Source: Paracoccaceae bacterium (GTDB lineage: Bacteria; Pseudomonadota; Alphaproteobacteria; Rhodobacterales; Rhodobacteraceae). Taken from it: a stretch of DNA of 64,000 bases. Where the stretch lies: the NCBI GenBank assembly GCA_030148005.1, contig JASBUI010000011.1, positions 1,557-65,556 on the forward strand. The letters are read 5' to 3'. Under the pieces are notes generated by a model. The model did not search any database, had not been told where the DNA came from, and saw only the letters and a list, made by a program, of their open reading frames with translations. Below, piece by piece: positions 37,484 through 47,603 of this stretch (positions are counted from its first letter, which is position 1; each line of letters begins with the position of its first letter). A program made the translations under genes and the position numbers.

Positions 37484-39420
37484 AACGTTCCGTGCGCGAT
37501 ACCGAAGAAAGCGCCCGCGTCACAAGCAGGCGCGGTCTTATTCTGGCTGCGGGGCAGGCGGGTCTGATTGCTGTGCTTGGCCTGCGCATGCGGCAACTTC
37601 AGATCAAGGAGGCGGCGCAGTTCCGTCTTTTGGCCGAAGAGAACCGGATCAACATCCGCCTTATTCCGCCCGTGCGCGGTTTGATCTTTGACCGCAACGG
37701 CAGCCCGATCGCGCAGAACGAACAGAACTACCGCGTTGTGATCGTTCGCGAAGAGGCGGGGGATGTCGATGAGGTGCTGGAGCGTTTGTCAAAGGTCATC
37801 GATCTGACGCCAGAGCAGATCGACCGCGCCCGCGCCGAGATCAAGAAACGAAGCGCCTTTGTGCCGGTCCAGATCGCGGACCGGCTGGACTGGGACGAAA
37901 TATCGGCGGTGGCCGTCAATGCGCCGGCGCTGCCGGGCGTCTCGCCCGAGGTCGGTCTGTCGCGCGTCTATCCGCATGGCGAGGATACAGCCCATATCGC
38001 AGGCTATGTCGGGCCGGTCAGCGACTATGATCTGTCAAAGCTGGAAGACCGCGATCCGGTGTTGCAGATCCCTGAGTTTCAGATTGGCAAGACCGGGGTC
38101 GAGGCCAAGCTAGAGCGCACGTTGCGCGGTCAGGCCGGTTCCAAGCGGATCGAGGTGAACGCGGTGGGGCGCGTCATGCGAGAGCTGGACCGCGACCCGG
38201 GCGTTGCCGGCGCCGATCTGCAACTGACAACCGACAACAAGCTGCAGAACTTTGTCCATGCGCGGCTGGATGGCGAAAGCGCCGCCGTGGTGGTGATGGA
38301 CGTGAACTCTGGCGATATTCTGGCCATGGGTTCGGCGCCGTCCTTTGACCCCAACAAGTTTGTCCGCGGTATTTCCGGCACCGATTACGGTCTGCTGACG
38401 GACAACAAGTATCGCCCGCTTGCCAACAAGGCCGCGCAAGGCACCTATCCGCCGGGATCCACCTTCAAGATGGTGACCGCCCTTGCGGCGCTAGAGGACG
38501 GGCTGATCACGCCGGATGAGACGATTTACTGCCGCGGCTACATGGAGCTTGGCAACAGGCGCTTTCACTGCTGGAAACGGGCAGGTCACGGGCAGATGAA
38601 CCTAAATGACGGTTTGGCCCAGTCTTGCGATGTCTACTACTATGAGCTGGCCCAACGTGTGGGCATCGAAAAGATCACCGAGATGGCCAATCGGATGGGA
38701 TTGGGAATTCGCCATCCGGTTCCGATTTCGGCCGTTGCCAAGGGGCTGACGCCGACAAAGGACTGGAAGAAAGAGCATCGCGGCGCAGACTGGGTTGTCG
38801 GCGACTCGCTGAACTCGGCCATCGGGCAGGGCTTTGTGCTGGCCTCGCCCCTGCAACTGGCTGTCATGACTTCGCGGCTTGCATCGGGGCGCGCGGTTGA
38901 GCCGCGCTTGATCAAGTCCGTGAACGGTGTCGAGGTTGAGATCACGCCGCCAGAGAAACTGGGGCTGAACGAAAACAACCTTCGGATGGTCCGGCGCGCG
39001 ATGTACAACGTGTCAAACAACAAGCGCGGGACGGCCTATCGATCGCGCATCATTGATGATGCCTTTGCGATGGCGGGCAAGACGGGAACCAGCCAGGTCA
39101 GGAACATCACCGCAGAAGAACGGCGCAAGGGCGTTTTCCGGGACGAGGATCTTCCGTGGGAGCGGCGAGATCATGCGCTTTTCGTGAACTTCGCGCCTTT
39201 CGATGCGCCGCAAATTGCGGTTTCGGTCGTGGTGGAACATGGCGGCGGCGGCTCTGTTGCCGCGGCGCCGATCGCGCGGGATGTCACGCTTTTCGCGCTG
39301 ACGGGCGGAATGCCCCCGCTGGAGGCCTACCCCAAGGGCGACCGCGCGCGCATCAAGCGCGAGCAAAGCGAGATGCCGCTTGGTGCGATAAACTCGGGCG
39401 GTGAGGCAAGCCGCGCATGA
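37480..39420 (+). CDS. mrdA: Penicillin-binding protein 2 (elongasome transpeptidase)
   Basis: The GTG at 37480 overlaps the mreD stop (GTGA), and AAGGAGGG lies at 37465-37472. The transpeptidase motifs are STFK (PPGSTFKMV), SxN (LNSAIGQG) and KTGT (AGKTGTSQV). Confidence 0.92.
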   Translation: MKRSVRDTEESARVTSRRGLILAAGQAGLIAVLGLRMRQLQIKEAAQFRLLAEENRINIRLIPPVRGLIFDRNGSPIAQNEQNYRVVIVREEAGDVDEVLERLSKVIDLTPEQIDRARAEIKKRSAFVPVQIADRLDWDEISAVAVNAPALPGVSPEVGLSRVYPHGEDTAHIAGYVGPVSDYDLSKLEDRDPVLQIPEFQIGKTGVEAKLERTLRGQAGSKRIEVNAVGRVMRELDRDPGVAGADLQLTTDNKLQNFVHARLDGESAAVVVMDVNSGDILAMGSAPSFDPNKFVRGISGTDYGLLTDNKYRPLANKAAQGTYPPGSTFKMVTALAALEDGLITPDETIYCRGYMELGNRRFHCWKRAGHGQMNLNDGLAQSCDVYYYELAQRVGIEKITEMANRMGLGIRHPVPISAVAKGLTPTKDWKKEHRGADWVVGDSLNSAIGQGFVLASPLQLAVMTSRLASGRAVEPRLIKSVNGVEVEITPPEKLGLNENNLRMVRRAMYNVSNNKRGTAYRSRIIDDAFAMAGKTGTSQVRNITAEERRKGVFRDEDLPWERRDHALFVNFAPFDAPQIAVSVVVEHGGGGSVAAAPIARDVTLFALTGGMPPLEAYPKGDRARIKREQSEMPLGAINSGGEASRA

Positions 39421-40556
39421 GCTATCTTGAACACTCACACAAATCCGTACCCACGGGTGTGTCCAAGATTCTTTATGTAAATTGGGCACTTGTCGTTCTT
39501 TTGACTGCTGTGGCCTGTGTCGGGTTCTTGATGCTTTATTCGATCGCGGGCGGCTCTATGACGCCATGGGTCGAACCACAGCTTAAGCGCTTTATCCTTG
39601 GCGTCGTGCTGATGTTCATCGTCGCCATGGTGCCGATCTGGTTCTGGCGCAACATGGCCGCTCTTGCCTTTGGAATTTCCGTTCTGTTGCTGGTTGCCGT
39701 CGATTTTTTTGGCAGTGTCAGCATGGGCGCGCAGCGCTGGATCGATCTGGGTTTCATGCGCCTGCAGCCATCGGAGCTGACCAAGATCACCTTGGTGATG
39801 ATCCTTGCCGCTTACTATGACTGGCTGGATATCCGCAAAACCTCACGCCCTTTGTGGGTTCTGATCCCGGTAATCGTGATCCTTATTCCTGTGGCGCTTG
39901 TCCTGAAACAGCCTGATCTGGGTACCGCGATCCTGCTTTTGGGCGGCGGGGGTATCACGATGTTTCTGGCTGGTGTCAGCTGGATCTATTTTGCGGCTGT
40001 CTTTGCGCTGGGCGGCGGGCTTATCACGGCGGTCTTCATGTCGCGAGGCACGCCATGGCAGTTGATCGAGAACTACCAGTTCCGCCGCATCGATACCTTT
40101 CTTGATCCCGGCTCTGACCCGCTTGGGGCGGGGTATAACATCACGCAGGCCAAGATCGCGCTTGGCTCTGGCGGCTGGAACGGCCGGGGGTTCATGCAAG
40201 GCACGCAAACGCGGCTGAACTTTCTGCCCGAGAAGCAAACCGATTTCATCTTTACGACCCTTGCCGAAGAGTTTGGGTTTATCGGGGCGTTTTCGCTTTT
40301 GATGCTCTACGGGGCGATCATCGTCTTTTGCGTGTCTATCGCGCTTAAGACCAAGGACCGCTTCGCGTCGCTTTTGATCCTTGGCGTTGCGGCGACCTTC
40401 TTTTTGTACTTTTCGGTCAACATGCTGATGGTGATGGGGCTTGCGCCGGTGGTTGGTGTTCCTCTGCCATTGGTTTCATATGGCGGTTCTGCCATGCTGG
40501 TCCTGCTGGTGGCCTTTGGCCTGATCCAAAGCGCCCACATTCATCGCCCAAGGTAA
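39417..40556 (+). CDS. rodA: Rod shape-determining protein RodA (SEDS glycosyltransferase)
   Basis: ATGA overlap with mrdA. It is 10-TM and has FtsW/RodA motifs (LQPSELTKI, LPEKQTDFIFT, PLPLVSYGGS). Confidence 0.95.
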   Translation: MSYLEHSHKSVPTGVSKILYVNWALVVLLTAVACVGFLMLYSIAGGSMTPWVEPQLKRFILGVVLMFIVAMVPIWFWRNMAALAFGISVLLLVAVDFFGSVSMGAQRWIDLGFMRLQPSELTKITLVMILAAYYDWLDIRKTSRPLWVLIPVIVILIPVALVLKQPDLGTAILLLGGGGITMFLAGVSWIYFAAVFALGGGLITAVFMSRGTPWQLIENYQFRRIDTFLDPGSDPLGAGYNITQAKIALGSGGWNGRGFMQGTQTRLNFLPEKQTDFIFTTLAEEFGFIGAFSLLMLYGAIIVFCVSIALKTKDRFASLLILGVAATFFLYFSVNMLMVMGLAPVVGVPLPLVSYGGSAMLVLLVAFGLIQSAHIHRPR

Positions 40557-40559
40557 GAC

Positions 40560-41495
40560 ATGACACTAAAGATACTTTTCGCGGCCGAGCCGGCGCTTTG
40601 GCCGGAGTACGAAACGCTATTGCTTGCCGCCTTTGCTGATGCCGGCCTGAAATGCGATCTGCGCTGCGATTTCGAGGATCCAGCAGAGGTGGATTACATC
40701 GTCTATGCCCCAAATTCCGGTCTGCAGGATTTCAGCCCCTTTACGGGCGCGCGGGCGGTTTTGAACCTTTGGGCAGGGGTCGAGGCGCTTGTCGGCAATG
40801 AAACCCTGACCCAGCCACTGGCGCGCATGGTCGACAGCGGCCTGTCGGAGGGGATGACCGAATGGGTGACGGGGCATGTCCTGCGTCACCATCTGGGGAT
40901 GGACGCGCATATCCACGGCCTGAAGGGCGAATGGATCTTCAACCCGCCGCCTCTTGCGCGTGACCGTCCGGTTGGCATTCTTGGGCTGGGCGAGTTGGGT
41001 CAGGCCGCTGCGGCAGCGCTGACAAGTCTGAACTTTCCCGTCACCGGCTGGAGCCGTAGGCCAAAGGACGTTGAAGGCATAACATGCCTGCATGGCGATG
41101 ATGGCCTGAAAGAGACGCTGAAACGATCCCAGATACTGGTCATTCTGTTGCCGCTGACGGGCGACACCGAGAACCTGATGGATGCGGGGGCGTTTGCGCT
41201 TTTGCCCAAGGGCGCGGTGGTCATCAACCCCGCGCGCGGCGCGATCATTGATGACGATGACCTGCTGGCGGCGCTTGATCGCGGGCACCTGTCGCATGCC
41301 ACGCTTGACGTCTTTCGAACCGAACCTTTGCCGCCTGCGCACCCCTTCTGGGCGCATTCAAAGATAACGGTCACGCCGCATATCGCCTCTCAGACGCGGG
41401 CCAATTCGGCATCGGCGGTCATTGCTGAAAATGTTCGCCGAAGCGAGGCCGGCGAGGAATTGCTGCATCTTGTGGACCGCCGCGCCGGGTACTGA
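40560..41495 (+). CDS. D-2-hydroxyacid dehydrogenase family (glyoxylate/hydroxypyruvate reductase A-like)
   Basis: The NAD-binding motif is GILGLGELGQAAA, with catalytic R...E...H context (NPARGAIIDDDDL, TPHIAS). Confidence 0.75.
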   Translation: MTLKILFAAEPALWPEYETLLLAAFADAGLKCDLRCDFEDPAEVDYIVYAPNSGLQDFSPFTGARAVLNLWAGVEALVGNETLTQPLARMVDSGLSEGMTEWVTGHVLRHHLGMDAHIHGLKGEWIFNPPPLARDRPVGILGLGELGQAAAAALTSLNFPVTGWSRRPKDVEGITCLHGDDGLKETLKRSQILVILLPLTGDTENLMDAGAFALLPKGAVVINPARGAIIDDDDLLAALDRGHLSHATLDVFRTEPLPPAHPFWAHSKITVTPHIASQTRANSASAVIAENVRRSEAGEELLHLVDRRAGY

Positions 41496-41507
41496 TCGCG
41501 GAAGGCC

Positions 41508-42296
41508 CTAGCGCAGGATCGGGGGCTTTTGCGGGTCCATGCCGGGCGCTGGGCGCTCTGTTTCCGGTTCTGGCTGGGCGATGTCAAAGCGCAGGCCTGA
41601 TCTTGCAAGGCTGGCGGAAACCGGATCACTGGCCGCGAAGAAACCGACATCCAGCGTGCCGGCATCTATGCCGCTGAAGATCAGCGCCTCATTTGCAGCC
41701 TGCGACAGCGCCTGTTCGGCGCCAGCGGCTGCATCAACGAAAGCAAGGATGTGACCAAAACGGCCGCTTTGATATTTCACGCCAACCAGATAGGCGGCGC
41801 GGGCCATTCCGGTTGCGGTGGCAAGCTTTGCATCAAGCGCCGAAATCAAAACCTCGGGCAGGCCCTTTGGCGCGGTTATCTCTTGCGGGCGCTCTTCGAC
41901 AAGGTCGGGGCCTTGGCCGAGCGTGGCGTCCAGCCAACTGACCCCATCAGCCGGGATAAGCATCGCTGACGGCGCGACCTCAAGGTTCAGCCCAAGACCA
42001 AGCCCTTCCTGCGCCAGAAGCCGTGCAAGGCTACGGCCCGACATCGCGGCGTAGGGTACGGCTTCGCCCACAAAATCCGAAAGGCGCGTTTCGCGGTCGA
42101 ACGCGACGACAAAGCGCTGGGCTTCGACGTCAAAGACCTGTGGGGCGATGTTCTGGCCATCGGGTTCGGCCAGAAGAAGCAGGAACAGTTCTGCATCGGC
42201 CAGACGCTCATAGAAACGCAGGCGCGCCGCATCGTCATCGGGGGCATCGGTCATTGCCGCATGGGCCCGGTCGAGAGGGGTGATTTCAGTTGTCAT
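41508..42296 (-). CDS. SseB-family protein (function unknown)
   Basis: The N-terminal LRFYERLADAELFLLL pattern and the two-domain size are typical of SseB-like proteins. This rests on recollection only. Confidence 0.45.
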   Translation of the reverse strand: MTTEITPLDRAHAAMTDAPDDDAARLRFYERLADAELFLLLLAEPDGQNIAPQVFDVEAQRFVVAFDRETRLSDFVGEAVPYAAMSGRSLARLLAQEGLGLGLNLEVAPSAMLIPADGVSWLDATLGQGPDLVEERPQEITAPKGLPEVLISALDAKLATATGMARAAYLVGVKYQSGRFGHILAFVDAAAGAEQALSQAANEALIFSGIDAGTLDVGFFAASDPVSASLARSGLRFDIAQPEPETERPAPGMDPQKPPILR

Positions 42297-42891
42297 GCAG
42301 CGCGTCTTTCACATGGTTGCGCAGCGCGGGCAAGAGCTCGGTCGAAAACCATGGGTTTGCCGCGATCCAGCTTGTGTTGCGCCAGGACGGGTGGGGCAGG
42401 GCGAAGACACCCTTTGGCAGGTCGCGCCAGTTGGCAACCGTCTGGGTGACTGTGCCGGTCCCCTTTCCCAGATGCCATTTTTGCGCGTATCCGCCGACCA
42501 GAAGCGTCAGCCGCGGCCTACCCATCGCCGCAAGCACCTTCGCACGCCAGGTTTTGGCGCAGATCGGCGGCGGCGGCAGGTCGGCGCCCTTGGCGCTGAG
42601 GCCGGGAAAGCAAAATGCCATGGGAAGGATCGCGATGCGTGCGCGGTCATAGAAGGTGTCATCATCGACGCCCATCCATTCGCGCAGCCGGTCGCCTGAG
42701 GGGTCGGTGAAAGGCTTGCCGCTTTGATGCACGCGCGTCCCCGGGGCCTGACCGGCGATCAGGATGCGGGCGCCCGGCTGAAACCAGACGACCGGGCGCG
42801 GCGCGTGGCCGCTGGCGGTTGTGGCGAAACGAGCGGCGCAAATACTGCAGTCGCGGATTTCCCGGATCAGGCTGTCAGGTTGATCTTCCAT
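42286..42891 (-). CDS. Uracil-DNA glycosylase superfamily protein
   Basis: CSICAARF ... ILIAGQAPGTRVHQSGKPFTDPSGDRL ... HPSWRN (UDG family 4/5-like motifs). Confidence 0.7.
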   Translation of the reverse strand: MEDQPDSLIREIRDCSICAARFATTASGHAPRPVVWFQPGARILIAGQAPGTRVHQSGKPFTDPSGDRLREWMGVDDDTFYDRARIAILPMAFCFPGLSAKGADLPPPPICAKTWRAKVLAAMGRPRLTLLVGGYAQKWHLGKGTGTVTQTVANWRDLPKGVFALPHPSWRNTSWIAANPWFSTELLPALRNHVKDALHDN

Positions 42892-43016
42892 CGCATCAAA
42901 CTAGCCGCAGAGCGCCGGCAATGTCCAAGCCCTTGGCGGCGCGGGCGCAATGGCCGTTGCCCGGGCCTGCCAGTTGTTCTATTTCAGCCCCAACGACAAA
43001 GCCCCGGAGTGCCTGA

Positions 43017-44315
43017 ATGTACCGCGTCTGGAATTTCGTCACGACCTATTCCCTATTGCTTGTGGGCGGCGCTGTGATCGCCCTGATCTGGGCAAATCTG
43101 GATCCTGTCGGCTATCACCAGATCGTGGAGTTCCCGATATTCTTTAACGACCATGTGGGGATCGAGTTTGGCGAGTGGGCGCAAAGATATGGTGAAGGTT
43201 ACGGCGTATATGCCGAAGCTGGAACAACGCGGGTTCTTTCGCTGCACTATCTGGTCAACGACATTCTGATGGCCTTTTTCTTTGCCGTTGCGGCAAAGGA
43301 GGTTTGGGAAGCTGTTGTTCTGAAAAACGGGGCTCTTCGCGGGCGCAAGGCGGCGACGCCGCTTTTTGCAACGGCGGGCGGAATGCTGGGCCCGGTCATA
43401 GTTTACCTTGGGCTGGCCAGCTACCTTGGCTCTGACGTTTATGACGCCGTTGCGCGGGGCTGGGCCGTGCCGACGGCGACCGACATCGCCTTTTCGTTTC
43501 TTGTCGGGCGTGTCGTCTTTGGCGCAGGTCACCCGGCGGTCCGGTTTCTTCTGCTTCTGGCGATAGCGGATGATGCTGCGGGCCTTGTCATATTGGCGGT
43601 TTTCTACCCTTCGGCCGAGCTTGCACCGCATTGGCTTTTGCTTTCGGTGCTGGCGGCTATTGCGGCCTTTGTCCTTTTCAACTGGTTGCCCCGCAAGCTG
43701 GAAGGGGATGATCCGATGCGGCCCAAGTCCACCTGGACGCGGCAGGTTCTTTCGTTCTGGCCCTACCTGATTGCAGGCGCGCTAAGCTGGTACGGCTTCA
43801 TGCGCGCGGGTCTGCATCCCGCCTTGGGCCTTTTGCCGATCATCCCCGCAATTCCCCATGCCGATCGTGAGTTCGGAATCTTCTCGGAAGCCGAGCAATA
43901 CCTGACCGATTTGTTGAACCACACACAGCACCTATTGAAGCATCCGGTCGAAGTTGTGCTTCTTTTCTTCGGTTTTCTGAACGCCGGGGTTGAGTTCACC
44001 GCGATATCGGCGCCGACATGGCTGGTTCTGGCGGGGCTACTTATTGGCAAGCCTGCCGGGATCTTGGCCGTTGGATGGTTTGCCGCGGGGCCGCTTGGAC
44101 TTGGGCTTCCCAAGGGGATGCGCAGGATTGACCTTTTGGTGGTCGGTTGCGTGGCCGCGATCGGGTTTACGGTTTCGCTTTTCATTGCCTCAGTGGCGTT
44201 CCAGAACGGCGCCGTTCAGGATGCCGCGAAGATGGGCGCGCTCTTCAGTTTTGCCGCCGCGATCATCGCCTTCGTGGTGGGACGGGTTTGCAAGGTGGAA
44301 CGGCAATCAAGCTGA
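43017..44315 (+). CDS. nhaA: Na+/H+ antiporter NhaA
   Basis: Polytopic, 432 aa, with WAVPTATDIAF and LAIADDAAGLVILAVFY (the conserved DD pair region). Confidence 0.9.
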   Translation: MYRVWNFVTTYSLLLVGGAVIALIWANLDPVGYHQIVEFPIFFNDHVGIEFGEWAQRYGEGYGVYAEAGTTRVLSLHYLVNDILMAFFFAVAAKEVWEAVVLKNGALRGRKAATPLFATAGGMLGPVIVYLGLASYLGSDVYDAVARGWAVPTATDIAFSFLVGRVVFGAGHPAVRFLLLLAIADDAAGLVILAVFYPSAELAPHWLLLSVLAAIAAFVLFNWLPRKLEGDDPMRPKSTWTRQVLSFWPYLIAGALSWYGFMRAGLHPALGLLPIIPAIPHADREFGIFSEAEQYLTDLLNHTQHLLKHPVEVVLLFFGFLNAGVEFTAISAPTWLVLAGLLIGKPAGILAVGWFAAGPLGLGLPKGMRRIDLLVVGCVAAIGFTVSLFIASVAFQNGAVQDAAKMGALFSFAAAIIAFVVGRVCKVERQSS

Positions 44316-44502
44316 ATGACGGACATATGACCCGGAAAACCGGCCCAAAATGGTCTGATCAAGGCGCTTTTCGCCCGTTTGGGCGCGAAGATCATTGTAA
44401 AATTGTGCTACTGTTGGACATAATGAGGCCAAATTGGGCTGTTAATACGCCCTTGGGAAAAACCCGATACGGACTGAATGTCCAAGTGGGACCGGCGAGC
44501 AG

Positions 44503-45162
44503 ATGCTAGAGTTTGAAAACGTAAGCAAGTCCTTTTGGACGGGAAAGCAGCGCAAGGTCATCCTTGATCGCGCATCCTTCCGCGTGGAGCTTGGCAACTC
44601 GATGGGTATCCTTGCCCCGAACGGCACCGGCAAGACCACGCTTGTGAACATGATGGCGGGGCTTGAAAAGCCCGATGAGGGTGAGATCCGCCGCAGTTGC
44701 CGCATTTCCTTTCCGCTTGGCTTTATGGGCGGTGTTGTCGGCAAGCATACGGCGATGGAAAACAGCCGATATATCGCGCGCCTCTATGGGTTGGACCCCG
44801 ACTATGTCGAGGCTTTCTGCCGCTGGCTTTGCGGATTGGAAGAATACTTTGATATGCCGCTGGGGACGTATAGTACGGGTATGCGTTCGCGGTTCAGCTT
44901 TGCGCTGATGCTGGCGCTGGATTTCGACATCTACCTCATTGATGAGGGGATGCCGTCGTCGACGGATGTGGAGTTCAACCGCAAGGCGGGTGCAATTCTG
45001 AAAGAACGGCTTGAGAAAACGACAATTGTCATTGTCTCGCACCAGCCGGCGACATTAGAAAAGTTCTGCCGCTCGGCGGCCGTTCTGCGTGACGGGCGGC
45101 TTTATCAGTTCGATACCTTGGAAGAGGCGAAACAGCTCTATGACTACCAAACCCAAGGCTAA
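44503..45162 (+). CDS. kpsT: Capsular polysaccharide export ABC ATPase (KpsT-like)
   Basis: Walker A APNGTGKTTL, the KpsT-type signature YSTGMRSRFSFALMLA and Walker B IYLIDEG. Confidence 0.8.
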   Translation: MLEFENVSKSFWTGKQRKVILDRASFRVELGNSMGILAPNGTGKTTLVNMMAGLEKPDEGEIRRSCRISFPLGFMGGVVGKHTAMENSRYIARLYGLDPDYVEAFCRWLCGLEEYFDMPLGTYSTGMRSRFSFALMLALDFDIYLIDEGMPSSTDVEFNRKAGAILKERLEKTTIVIVSHQPATLEKFCRSAAVLRDGRLYQFDTLEEAKQLYDYQTQG

Positions 45163-46768
45163 AAAGTTCAGAATTCGGCGCAGCTCTCCTCTTTCAAGGG
45201 GTGGGGCCGGTTCAGGCGCGGGCGCTTCGGCGGCTGCGGCGGCGGTGCATACCGAAGAACAGGCGCCAGCAGCGGTAGAGGTCGAACAGAGTGAAGTGCA
45301 CGTCGGTGAGGTTTCATCGGCGGCAGAGGTTTCGACCGAAGAGGGTATCGACGAAATTCGCCGCGAAGGCCTGACGGGCCGGCAATTGCGCATGGCGCGG
45401 CGCGTGGCGCAGCGCAACGGTTTGGCGCCGACCTCTGATTTTGATGCGGTTCGCCTTTTGCGCCAAAAGGGCATTGATCCCTTCCAGCGCTCCAACATGC
45501 TAGAGCTTGTGGTGCCCGGTGCGGGTGAAGGCAGCGTTCAGCCAGCGCCGCAGAACCTGCCGCAAACGGTTCCGCAGCCGCAACGCAACCTGCCTTCGAA
45601 TGAGTTCATGTCGGAAGACGCGCGCGCGCGCGAAATCCAGCAAATTCAGCGTGATATCGGTCGGCGTCGCCGCAAGAAAACGATGATGCTGCTGATCCGG
45701 CTGGCGTTCTTCGTGGGCCTGCCGACGCTTATGGCGGGGTATTACTATTACGGCATCGCAACGCCGCTATATGCCACAAAGTCCGAGTTTGTGATCCAGC
45801 AGGCCGAACCGGCCGCGGGCGGTAAACTGGGCGGTCTCTTTTCGGGTACAAGCTTTGCCACTTCGCAGGATTCCATAGCCGTTCAAAGCTATCTTGAATC
45901 GCGTGATGCGATGCTGCGCCTTGATGCGGATGAAGGTTTCAAGAAACACTTCAGCCAGCCCAACATCGACCCGTTGCAAAGGCTGACGCCTGACGCTTCG
46001 AACGAAGAAGCCTACAAGATCTACAAAAAGAACGTGAACCTTGGCTATGATCCTTCCGAGGGGATCATCCGGATGGAGGTTATCGCGGCTGATCCTGACA
46101 CAAGCCGCCGTTTTTCAGAGGCGCTGATCTCATACGCAGAGGCGCGGGTCGACAACCTTACGCGGCGACTTCGCACCGACCAGATGGCGGGCGCTGTGGC
46201 CAGTTTCAAGGATGCCGAGGACAAGATGCGCCTCGCGCAGGCCCGGGTCATCAAGCTGAAGGAAGCGACAGGCGTTGTTGATGGAACAAGCGTGGTTTCA
46301 ACGCGTGTCGGTCAGATCTCGTCGTTCGAGTTGGAACTGGCGCAGAAAAAGCTGGCCCTGCAGGGAATGCTCAGCAACGAGCGGCCCAACAGGGCGCGGG
46401 TTGCGGGTTTGCGCGGCGATATCCAGAGGATTGAATCGCTGATCGCAAATATGCAGGGCGAGTTGACGACGACCGGGAAGAACAACGAGTCCCTTGCGCG
46501 CACATCCAGTGAGCTTTTGGTGGCCGAGGCCGAGTTGCAGACCAGACAGCTGATGCTCAGCCAAGCGCTGCAACAGCTGGAAACTGCGCGGATCGATGCC
46601 AATCGCCAGACCCGCTATCTGTCGCTGGGTGTCTCACCCGTGCCCCCGGATGAACCCACCTATCCGCGTTCATTCGAGAACACGATCCTGGCTTTCCTGA
46701 TATTCTCGGGCATCTACCTGATGATTTCACTTACGGCTTCGATCCTGCGCGAACAGGTCACTTCCTGA
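45140..46768 (+). CDS. kpsE: Capsule export inner-membrane/periplasmic protein (KpsE/PCP-3-like) with a ~170-aa N-terminal extension
   Basis: The start is at MTTKPKAKKF, overlapping the kpsT end. It has a TM (MMLLIRLAFFVGLPTLMAGYYYY), a Wzz-like periplasmic coiled region and a C-terminal TM (ILAFLIFSGIYLMISL). Confidence 0.65.
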   Translation: MTTKPKAKKFRIRRSSPLSRGGAGSGAGASAAAAAVHTEEQAPAAVEVEQSEVHVGEVSSAAEVSTEEGIDEIRREGLTGRQLRMARRVAQRNGLAPTSDFDAVRLLRQKGIDPFQRSNMLELVVPGAGEGSVQPAPQNLPQTVPQPQRNLPSNEFMSEDARAREIQQIQRDIGRRRRKKTMMLLIRLAFFVGLPTLMAGYYYYGIATPLYATKSEFVIQQAEPAAGGKLGGLFSGTSFATSQDSIAVQSYLESRDAMLRLDADEGFKKHFSQPNIDPLQRLTPDASNEEAYKIYKKNVNLGYDPSEGIIRMEVIAADPDTSRRFSEALISYAEARVDNLTRRLRTDQMAGAVASFKDAEDKMRLAQARVIKLKEATGVVDGTSVVSTRVGQISSFELELAQKKLALQGMLSNERPNRARVAGLRGDIQRIESLIANMQGELTTTGKNNESLARTSSELLVAEAELQTRQLMLSQALQQLETARIDANRQTRYLSLGVSPVPPDEPTYPRSFENTILAFLIFSGIYLMISLTASILREQVTS

Positions 46769-46769
46769 T

Positions 46770-47603
46770 ATGAAGAACGTCGCGATCGGGGAAATGGTGG
46801 TTGGCAACGACCAGCCGCTGACGCTGATTGCCGGACCTTGCCAGCTTGAAAGCCTTGATCACGCGCTGATGCTTGCAGAAAAGCTTCGTCTTTCTGCTGC
46901 GGATGCTGGGCTGGGTTTCATCTTTAAAGGGTCCTACGACAAGGCCAATCGAACCTCACTGGGCGGCGCGCGCGGTGTGGGGCGGGATGAGGGGCTTGCG
47001 ATCCTTGGCGCTGTTCGAGACCGGATCGGATGCCCGGTTCTGACGGATGTTCATCTTCCGCAGGATTGCGTGGCGGTTGCCGAGGTGGCTGATGTTCTGC
47101 AGATACCTGCGTTCCTAAGTCGCCAGACCGATCTATTGGTTGCGGCCGGCAAAACTGGCGCTGCGATCAACATCAAGAAAGGCCAGTTTCTGGCGCCTTG
47201 GGACATGGAACATGTGGTGGCCAAGGTGACCTCAACCGGAAATGAGAACGTCCTGCTGACCGAACGCGGCACCAGCTTTGGCTACAACACGTTGGTTACC
47301 GACATGCGCGCCTTACCGCGGATGGCACAGACGGGGCGGCCGGTGATCATGGACGCCACCCATGCGGTGCAAATGCCGGGCGGGCAAGGCGGCGCCTCTG
47401 GCGGAGAGCGCGCTTTTGCGCCGGTTCTGGCGCGCGCTGCGGTTGCCCTTGGGATTGCGGCGGTGTTTCTGGAAACCCATGAGGACCCGGACAATGCACC
47501 GTCCGATGGGCCGAACATGATCCCGCTGGATCAGATGCCTGAACTGCTGAGCTGTCTTGCCGAGTTCGATAAGGTCGCGAAGAAACACGTCATAAAAATC
47601 TGA
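46770..47603 (+). CDS. kdsA: 3-deoxy-8-phosphooctulonate (KDO8P) synthase
   Basis: LIAGPCQLES, FKGSYDKANRTS, IPAFLSRQTDL and DATHAVQMPGG. Confidence 0.93.
   Translation: MKNVAIGEMVVGNDQPLTLIAGPCQLESLDHALMLAEKLRLSAADAGLGFIFKGSYDKANRTSLGGARGVGRDEGLAILGAVRDRIGCPVLTDVHLPQDCVAVAEVADVLQIPAFLSRQTDLLVAAGKTGAAINIKKGQFLAPWDMEHVVAKVTSTGNENVLLTERGTSFGYNTLVTDMRALPRMAQTGRPVIMDATHAVQMPGGQGGASGGERAFAPVLARAAVALGIAAVFLETHEDPDNAPSDGPNMIPLDQMPELLSCLAEFDKVAKKHVIKI

Noticed and set aside
37267-39420. The 717-aa version of PBP2 starting at 37267.
   Set aside because: The first ~70 codons overlap mreD out of frame and translate to Arg/Gly-rich junk. The GTG at 37480, with AAGGAGGG upstream and a GTGA overlap with the mreD stop, gives a normal PBP2 N-terminus (a short cytoplasmic tail, then a TM).
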